From NCBI GenBank assembly GCA_963790025.1, contig CAWBMP010000004.1:96001-160000 (forward strand): 64,000 nucleotides of DNA, read 5' to 3'. The notes under the pieces were generated by a model. It was not told the origin of the DNA. It searched no databases and saw only the letters and a program-made list of their open reading frames with translations. Positions 57,766 through 64,000 of this stretch are shown here, piece after piece. The position numbers were made by a program, and so were the translations under genes. The first letter of the stretch is position 1; every line of letters begins with the position of its first letter. Source of the stretch: Nitrospirota bacterium. Lineage in GTDB: Bacteria > Nitrospirota > Thermodesulfovibrionia > Thermodesulfovibrionales > Dissulfurispiraceae.

Positions 57766-59288
57766 TAGTAACTCTTCGGATTGGTGAGAAGATTAGTTTG
57801 TGTTGTTAAATAGTTGCCTATGATGTTGTCGTTTGTGACGGTGGTGGCAAGGCTGGAGTACTCGCTTATAAGATCAGTCTGTTCCACATTCAGTTGGCTC
57901 TGCAGTTGAGTATACTGACTTTGCAGGTTGGTTACTTGCGTCTGATAATTACTCTGTTCTCCCGGGATTGTTGTAGTTATATAATTGCTAAGGTCTGATC
58001 CAAACGAGCTCGCCATATTATTTATCATCGTGGTGATATTGGCCGAATCCGTCTGATATACGTTGCTGAGTGTTGACGAATTAAAACTCAGGACACCATT
58101 CTTGTCAAGTGAAAAACCGAGATAAACAAGACTGTTATTTGCCGGGTCTTGTTCGGTGCCATATGATGACGTTATCGAATTCATCATATCAGTCGACAAT
58201 GTGAGCAATCCTATATCTCCGCTCAGTAATCCCTGGTTTGTTTGAGTAGCCTGCGTGCCCGCCGGCACAGGCTGGTAGAGATTACTTATGGTACTCATAG
58301 CGCTATTGTATGCCGTGACAAATGAATTCAATTGGTTGGCCAGCGAACTGCTGCTGGCAGCAACATCGAGACTTAAATTCGGCGAGGCGGCGTTATAAGA
58401 AGGGTCCCCTTTAAGAAGGTTTAAAGTGACCCCTGTCACTGCATCAGTGACAGTATTGCTCGACCTCTGGATCTCGACACCATTTACGCTCATAGTGGCG
58501 TCAATGGCTGCCATTGTCTGGGTCATGTTCTGTATACCGCCTGTGGGCACGCCGGAGCTATCGTATGACCCGCCATTTGTTGGATCGAAGGCAAGCTGTG
58601 ACAGTCCGGTCATATCCGTATTGACGCCTGATTCGGCCCAGCCCCCGCCGAAGTTGCTTCCGGTCTCATCGACTTTGACGGTGATTCTGTTCGAGCTGCC
58701 GGTCGCATTTGAAGTCAATCCCAATTCATATGAATTGCTGGACACCTGCAGCACTGATGCGGTAACGCCTGCGTTTGCAGAGTTGATGGCCTCCGCTATC
58801 CCCGACAGGGTATTGTTTCCGCTGTTTATATTTATCGTGGCGGCAGTACTGGAACCGACCTGTATCTGTAATTGCTGTGTTCCAACAACAGACAGATCTG
58901 CGACAGCACTGGTCGCCGAGCCGAAAGTCGTGGAATAAACGGTTTGGGTGGTCGCAATATTTTTAATATCTATTCCGGTTGTGCCGGCCACAGCACCGCT
59001 TGCCGCAGTTGCAGTGAAATAAGATGAATCCGATGGAGTTGCCGACAGCCCTGTGGTGGAATTTTGCATTGCAGTCACAGCACTTTGCAGGCCCGACAGA
59101 CTTGAAAGCACTGTCCCATACGCGCTTATATCCGTCTGAACATTTGTTTCTTGTTGCTGAAGAGTGGTAAGAGGCTCGGAGTCAACATCCATAATCTGCT
59201 GGACAATGTTGCTTACGTCAATGTTAGATGACCCGCCGAGGCCAAAGGCTGATAAAAGACTTGAAACATCTATTGGGCTGGTTGCCAT
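57765..59288 (-). CDS. fliD: Filament cap FliD
   Basis: GLGGSSNID..IVQQIM, SSNTVTDAVTGVTLNL; between flaG and fliS. Confidence 0.9.
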   Translation of the reverse strand: MATSPIDVSSLLSAFGLGGSSNIDVSNIVQQIMDVDSEPLTTLQQQETNVQTDISAYGTVLSSLSGLQSAVTAMQNSTTGLSATPSDSSYFTATAASGAVAGTTGIDIKNIATTQTVYSTTFGSATSAVADLSVVGTQQLQIQVGSSTAATININSGNNTLSGIAEAINSANAGVTASVLQVSSNSYELGLTSNATGSSNRITVKVDETGSNFGGGWAESGVNTDMTGLSQLAFDPTNGGSYDSSGVPTGGIQNMTQTMAAIDATMSVNGVEIQRSSNTVTDAVTGVTLNLLKGDPSYNAASPNLSLDVAASSSSLANQLNSFVTAYNSAMSTISNLYQPVPAGTQATQTNQGLLSGDIGLLTLSTDMMNSITSSYGTEQDPANNSLVYLGFSLDKNGVLSFNSSTLSNVYQTDSANITTMINNMASSFGSDLSNYITTTIPGEQSNYQTQVTNLQSQYTQLQSQLNVEQTDLISEYSSLATTVTNDNIIGNYLTTQTNLLTNPKSY

Positions 59289-59365
59289 ATCAGTTCCTCC
59301 AAACTAGTATCAGAGTCAGTTGGAAAATGAGTGATAAGCATAAGGAAATCAACTCATTTACTATT

Positions 59366-59392
59366 TTATCGGGATATTCAGATTAATCTTTA
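59366..59392 (-). promoter_or_regulatory. Sigma-28 promoter for fliD-fliS
   Basis: TAAA-N15-CCCGATAA. Confidence 0.8.
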
Positions 59393-59432
59393 ACAGTGAA
59401 AAGCAGTAAATGTGCGGATGAGTATACTCTTT

Positions 59433-59831
59433 TTACGCTGTTTTGTGGAATAAACTCTCTGCAACCTGATTCAACTCTTTCATCATTAGCAAGTAATCTT
59501 CAGGCGGGTATTGGCGTACTATTTTCCCATCATTATCAAAAAAGCGTATTACAACATTCTTATCTTCATCAAGGGTAATAACACCTTTCGTGCCGCTAAG
59601 TACAGCGGGTGCGGAAGCGCTCGTTGTTCCAGCCTGCCCGCTTGCCGGCTTGGCAGCTTTCCCATTTGAAGTGCTGGTAACAGTAACAAGGTCATCCTGC
59701 AAAGCATTGCCTTCATTTGATGTGTTGTTCGCCGCCACGGACACATCCGGCCCACTGGTTGCCTGAAGGTCCGGCTGGACCTTTATATCCGGTATATTCG
59801 GCGTATTTATTGCACTTGTCTCCACGTTCAT
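59433..59831 (-). CDS. flaG: FlaG-family protein
   Basis: VVIRFFDNDGKIVRQYPPED motif; between flagellin and fliD. Confidence 0.85.
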   Translation of the reverse strand: MNVETSAINTPNIPDIKVQPDLQATSGPDVSVAANNTSNEGNALQDDLVTVTSTSNGKAAKPASGQAGTTSASAPAVLSGTKGVITLDEDKNVVIRFFDNDGKIVRQYPPEDYLLMMKELNQVAESLFHKTA

Positions 59832-59863
59832 CCCACTCGCCTATTATAAATCCTTTTTTTATT

Positions 59864-59896
59864 CAGGGCGGTCCTCCGTGAGGAGGACCTGCCCTG
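59864..59896 (-). other. 3' stem-loop of flagellin copy 1 (no U-tract on coding strand)
   Basis: CAGGGCAGGTCCTCC-TCAC-GGAGGACCGCCCTG followed by AATAAAAAAA. Confidence 0.65.
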
Positions 59897-59939
59897 TGTT
59901 TCTGCTTACCTCTTAATCCTTAACCCTTACTTACTGCTG

Positions 59940-61421
59940 TTATTTCGGCAACAGTGCAAGGATCTGCTGCGGCAATGTGTTGGCCTGTGCCAGCACCGAG
60001 ATACCTGCTTGCTGCGTGATCATCGCCTTTGTCATATTTGCCGTCTCAGCCGCGTAGTCGGCATCCATAATCCGGGACTGTGCAGCACTCATGTTCTGAG
60101 AAGTGTTCTGCAGGTTCGAAATTGCAGACGTAAACCGGTTCTGATAAGCGCCCAGCGATGCCGCTGAATTATTGATAGAAGTCAGCGCCGCATCAATCGT
60201 GCTTATAGCGGTGTTTGCCCCGGCTTGAGTTGAGATATTGATGGACGATACCGCGCCTGTGACGTTTGCCGTTGCGGCATTTAATCCCGTAACAGCAGCG
60301 GAAACGCCGCCAAAAGCATGAACAACGTTGGCGCCGCCAATAAGAATGCCGGCAGATCCGTTTGAAGCTAAGGTGACCGACCCGTAAAGAGTAGTAAAGT
60401 TTACACCACCAGGTGTACATAATCCGGCCAATGAAGCATTGTTACCGGTAACGACTATATCGCGGCCATCCGCTGCGGTCAGAGTTATACCCACATCAGT
60501 GCCTACACCGGTATTTGTAGTGTACAGTGTTGCCGTTACGCCGGTTGATATACTCATGGCATTGATAGCTGCTACAAGATTGGATTCCAGACCAACGGCA
60601 CTGCCGCCTGCGGCCACTGATCCTAAAGCGAACCCGTTGATCGTTATACCGGCGGAAACCGCAGTACCGGCCAGTACAGCAGCCATAGTACCCTGACCAT
60701 TTGCTGTCGTCGCAATCGCAGTTGCCGTTACACCGCAAGCAGCCTGGTTAATCGCATTGGCTATAGACCATGCGCTGTCATTATTCTGTCCTGCTGCCCC
60801 TGACATGGTGGGGCTGACAGCAATACCATTAATCGAAAGATCACCAACGGCCAATGCTGCCATACCGACGCTGCTGCCGACAACAGCGGTTGAGTAACTC
60901 GCGCTTCCCCCGGTGAGCGACCCTGTCCTGGCACTGGAAATAGAAGCTATGGTGATGGTCTGCCCCGCAAAAGCACCGACCTGAAACGACTGGTTCTGGA
61001 AGGTGCCGTCCAGCAAATTGATGCCGTTGAATTGTGCCGTTTGCGCAACCCTGTCGATTTCAGCGATCAACTGCGTAGACTGTGTGTTCAGCGCCGCGCG
61101 GTTCGATGCACTGTTTGTAGCATTTTCCGATTGGATTGCAAGTGTGCGGATTGTCTGCAGGTTATTTGCCAATGCCGTTAATGAACCCGACGCGGTCTGC
61201 AATAATGAGACAGCGTCATTGGCATTCCTTACAGCCTGGTTCATACCATTGACCTGTGAGGCCATCTTTGTCGCAATTGCCATACCAGCCGCGTCATCCG
61301 CTGCGGAATTGATCCTCAAGCCGGTTGACAGCCTCTGCATAGAGGTTGCCAGAGGTTGCTGGGCCTGGCTTAGAGCATTCTGGGTGTTGAGAGAAAATAG
61401 GTTGGTGTTAATTGAAAGCAT
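59940..61421 (-). CDS. fliC: Flagellin (copy 1)
   Basis: RLSTGLRINSAADDAAG, LGAYQNRF, SRIMDADYAAE, AQAN. Confidence 0.97.
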   Translation of the reverse strand: MLSINTNLFSLNTQNALSQAQQPLATSMQRLSTGLRINSAADDAAGMAIATKMASQVNGMNQAVRNANDAVSLLQTASGSLTALANNLQTIRTLAIQSENATNSASNRAALNTQSTQLIAEIDRVAQTAQFNGINLLDGTFQNQSFQVGAFAGQTITIASISSARTGSLTGGSASYSTAVVGSSVGMAALAVGDLSINGIAVSPTMSGAAGQNNDSAWSIANAINQAACGVTATAIATTANGQGTMAAVLAGTAVSAGITINGFALGSVAAGGSAVGLESNLVAAINAMSISTGVTATLYTTNTGVGTDVGITLTAADGRDIVVTGNNASLAGLCTPGGVNFTTLYGSVTLASNGSAGILIGGANVVHAFGGVSAAVTGLNAATANVTGAVSSINISTQAGANTAISTIDAALTSINNSAASLGAYQNRFTSAISNLQNTSQNMSAAQSRIMDADYAAETANMTKAMITQQAGISVLAQANTLPQQILALLPK

Positions 61422-61636
61422 GCTATGTTCCTCCTTGAGTTTTATTTACGGGCGTCCTGCCCGTAATGCGATCAGCATACAGCGTTGTACGCGCCTAATG
61501 CGCATACCTTTGGTGCTTAATGCACCTGCTTTTGGTGCCTAAGGCACCTGCTGTTGGCCCGGTGTTAAAAACATTAATTCACCTCCTTATTGGGCAATTC
61601 TGTATATACGCCTCAGACTTTAATCGCTTGTCTATT

Positions 61637-61663
61637 TTATCGGAGGGCATTTTGAAAACTTTA
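61637..61663 (-). promoter_or_regulatory. Sigma-28 promoter, flagellin copy 1
   Basis: TAAA-GTTTTCAAAATGCCC(15)-TCCGATAA. Confidence 0.85.
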
Positions 61664-61669
61664 ATTCAC

Positions 61670-61747
61670 TATGAGGATTATCATGAAACCCTGGAAGATC
61701 AGAGATATGGGCTTATTGAAGGAGAGCTTATAATGACACCATGGTAA
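61670..61747 (+). pseudogene. Uma2 (DUF820)-like N-terminal relic
   Basis: YEDYHETLEDQRYGLIEGELIMTP resembles the Uma2 start TYEDY..LPED.RYELI.GEL.M.P. Confidence 0.55.
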
Positions 61748-61790
61748 AAAAAAAATTCAGGGCCATCCTCCGTGAGGAGGACCTGCCCTG
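61746..61790 (-). terminator. Intrinsic terminator after flagellin copy 2
   Basis: Same hairpin as 59864-59896, here followed by AA plus T10 on the coding strand. Confidence 0.75.
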
Positions 61791-61841
61791 CTGTTTCTGC
61801 TTACCGCTTGCCTCTTAATCCTTAACCCTTACTGCCTGCTG

Positions 61842-63323
61842 TTATTTCGGCAACAGTGCAAGGATCTGCTGCGGCAATGTGTTGGCCTGTGCCAGCACCG
61901 CTATACCTGCCTGCTGCGTGATCATCGCCTGTGTCATATTTGCCGTCTCAGCCGCGTAGTCGGCATCCATAATCCGGGACTGTGCAGCACTCATGTTCTG
62001 AGAAGTGTTCTGCAGGTTCGAAATTGCAGACGTAAACCGGTTCTGATAAGCGCCCAGCGATGCCGCTGAATTATTGATAGAAGTCAGCGCCGCATCAATC
62101 GTGCTTATAGCGGTGTTTGCCCCGGCTTGAGTTGAGATATTGATGGACGATACCGCGCCTGTGACGTTTGCCGTTGCGGCATTTAATCCCGTAACAGCAG
62201 CGGAAACGCCGCCAAAAGCATGAACAACGTTGGCGCCGCCAATAAGAATACCGGCAGATCCGTTTGAAGCTAAGGTGACCGACCCGTAAAGAGTAGTAAA
62301 GTTTACACCACCAGGTGTACATAATCCGGCCAATGAAGCATTGTTACCGGCAACGACTATATCGCGGCCATCCGCTGCGGTCAGAGTTATACCCACATCA
62401 GTGCCTACACCGGTATTTGTAGTGTACAGTGTTGCCGTTACGCCGGTTGATATACTCATGGCATTGATAGCTGCTACAATATTGGATTCCAGACCAACGG
62501 CACTACCGCCTGCGGCCACTGATCCTAAAGCGAACCCGTTGATCGTTATACCGGCGGAAACCGCAGTACCGGCCTGTACAGCAGCCATAGTACCCTGACC
62601 ATTTGCTGTCGTCGCAATCGCAGTTGCCGTTACACCGCAAGCAGCCTGGTTAATCGCATTGGCTATAGACCATGCGCTGTCATTATTCTGTCCTGCGGCC
62701 CCTGACATGGTGGGGCTGACAGCAATACCATTAATCGAAAGATCACCAACGGCCAATGCTGCCATACCGACGCTGCTGCCGACAACAGCGGTTGAGTAAC
62801 TCGCGCTTCCCCCGGTGAGCGACCCTGTCCTGGCACTGGAAATAGAAGCTATGGTGATGGTCTGCCCCGCAAAAGCACCGACCTGAAACGACTGGTTCTG
62901 GAAGGTGCCGTCCAGCAAATTGATGCCGTTGAATTGTGCCGTTTGCGCAACCCTGTCGATTTCAGCGATCAACTGCGCAGCCTGTGTGTTCAGCGCCGCA
63001 CGGTTCGATGCACTGTTTGTAGCATTTTCCGATTGGATTGCAAGTGTGCGGATTGTCTGCAGGTTATTTGCTAATGCCGTTAATGAACCCGACGCGGTCT
63101 GCAATAATGAGACAGCGTCATTGGCATTCCTTACAGCCTGGTTCATACCATTGACCTGTGAGGCCATCTTTGTCGCAATTGCCAGACCAGCTGCGTCATC
63201 CGCTGCGGAATTGATCCTCAAGCCGGTTGACAGCCTCTGCATAGAGGTTGCCAGAGGTTGCTGGGCCTGGCTTAGAGCATTCTGGGTGTTGAGAGAAAAT
63301 AGGTTGGTGTTAATTGAAAGCAT
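61842..63323 (-). CDS. fliC: Flagellin (copy 2)
   Basis: 493 aa, 8 substitutions relative to copy 1. Confidence 0.97.
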   Translation of the reverse strand: MLSINTNLFSLNTQNALSQAQQPLATSMQRLSTGLRINSAADDAAGLAIATKMASQVNGMNQAVRNANDAVSLLQTASGSLTALANNLQTIRTLAIQSENATNSASNRAALNTQAAQLIAEIDRVAQTAQFNGINLLDGTFQNQSFQVGAFAGQTITIASISSARTGSLTGGSASYSTAVVGSSVGMAALAVGDLSINGIAVSPTMSGAAGQNNDSAWSIANAINQAACGVTATAIATTANGQGTMAAVQAGTAVSAGITINGFALGSVAAGGSAVGLESNIVAAINAMSISTGVTATLYTTNTGVGTDVGITLTAADGRDIVVAGNNASLAGLCTPGGVNFTTLYGSVTLASNGSAGILIGGANVVHAFGGVSAAVTGLNAATANVTGAVSSINISTQAGANTAISTIDAALTSINNSAASLGAYQNRFTSAISNLQNTSQNMSAAQSRIMDADYAAETANMTQAMITQQAGIAVLAQANTLPQQILALLPK

Positions 63324-63449
63324 GCTATGTTCCTCCTTGAGTTTTATTTACGGGCGTCCTTGCCCTACATGTGAGCTGCGTACGGCAACTCACTATCCCC
63401 TCGGCCACCTTAATATCAGCCTCAGACTCAAATAGATTTCTAAATATAT

Positions 63450-63476
63450 TAATCGGAAGTTCTTCCGAAAACTTTA
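63450..63476 (-). promoter_or_regulatory. Sigma-28 promoter, flagellin copy 2
   Basis: TAAA-GTTTTCGGAAGAACT(15)-TCCGATTA. Confidence 0.8.
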
Positions 63477-63478
63477 AT

Positions 63479-64000
63479 TCACATTTTCAGCCAATCACCC
63501 ATGAACTTTATGACATCATCATCCTTCGGCAGTTTGCCGCACCATTTAGAGAAAAACTTGATCCTCCTCTTCCATGCATCATCAGGACCGCTTCTCTCAG
63601 CCTTTTTCCAGTGTTCCACGGCCTCCTTCTTATAAACAACTCCGAGAGAGTCGGGAAGATATGTGATCGAATAGCCTTTATCTTTGGCAGCCAGGCATAC
63701 ATCGGCTTCAGTCAGGTGGTTCGCGATTCCCTCGTCAAACCCGCCTGCGGCATTGAAGGCGTCCCTGCTAAGACCGATAAATCCCCCTCCGACAGCATTC
63801 AGCTTCGGGCGTTCAGCGTTCAGCGCCAGGTCCTCTTTGATAAAGAAAGGTGTAAAATTAAAGTCAAATCCTATACCGAGACAATAGGGCGTCATGTCTG
63901 CATTTTTTATCGGCATGCCGGCTACCCCGTTTTTCATTGCTTCAGTAAGACCTTCACCTTTTATATAAACAATACCCGGCATCATAAAAACGAGGAATTC
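63479..64000 (-). CDS. GT2-like glycosyltransferase C-terminal part (5' end outside window)
   Basis: AVGGGFIGLSRDAFNAAGGFDE..EADVCL..GY.I.YLP..FFSKW; frame open to window edge. Confidence 0.72.
   Translation of the reverse strand, partial: EFLVFMMPGIVYIKGEGLTEAMKNGVAGMPIKNADMTPYCLGIGFDFNFTPFFIKEDLALNAERPKLNAVGGGFIGLSRDAFNAAGGFDEGIANHLTEADVCLAAKDKGYSITYLPDSLGVVYKKEAVEHWKKAERSGPDDAWKRRIKFFSKWCGKLPKDDDVIKFMGDWLKM

Noticed and set aside
61520..61747. 75-aa + strand ORF as a real gene
   Set aside because: Runs antisense through the flagellin leader and promoter; only the last 25 codons look protein-derived.

Overview
Bacterial chromosomal window dominated by a large minus-strand flagellar gene region. 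Gene content and protein style suggest Nitrospirota (Thermodesulfovibrionia-like) or a deltaproteobacterium; this is an inference. 1-27 kb: flhG(partial)-flhF-flhA-flhB-fliRQPONML, two hook-family genes, flgD, fliK with a 57-bp tandem repeat, a MotE-like gene, fliJIHGFE, flgCB, a FleR/FleS-like two-component pair, a TPR protein and a FleQ-like sigma-54 activator lacking an N-terminal domain. 27-53 kb interrupts the flagellar genes: a TPR/GT41 glycosyltransferase, a HAD nucleotidase plus nuclease-like gene, a ~6.9-kb integrase-less island at tRNA-Gly(CCC) (kinases, receivers, an XRE/S24-like protein, an ImmA/IrrE peptidase, a broken vapBC), a D/L-lactate utilisation operon with its own sensory cascade, and ilvD. 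53-64 kb: two stator pairs separated by a PilZ gene, fliS, fliD, flaG, two near-identical flagellins with sigma-28 promoters, and a partial GT2 gene. The most striking unexplained structure is about 20 loci of degenerate 6-, 7-, 8- and 9-mer tandem repeats, mostly as inverted arm pairs at gene junctions. They supply start/stop codons and predicted signal-peptide cores to host genes, and one pair brackets a gene relic. All calls come from reading the sequence and ORF track; no searches were run.
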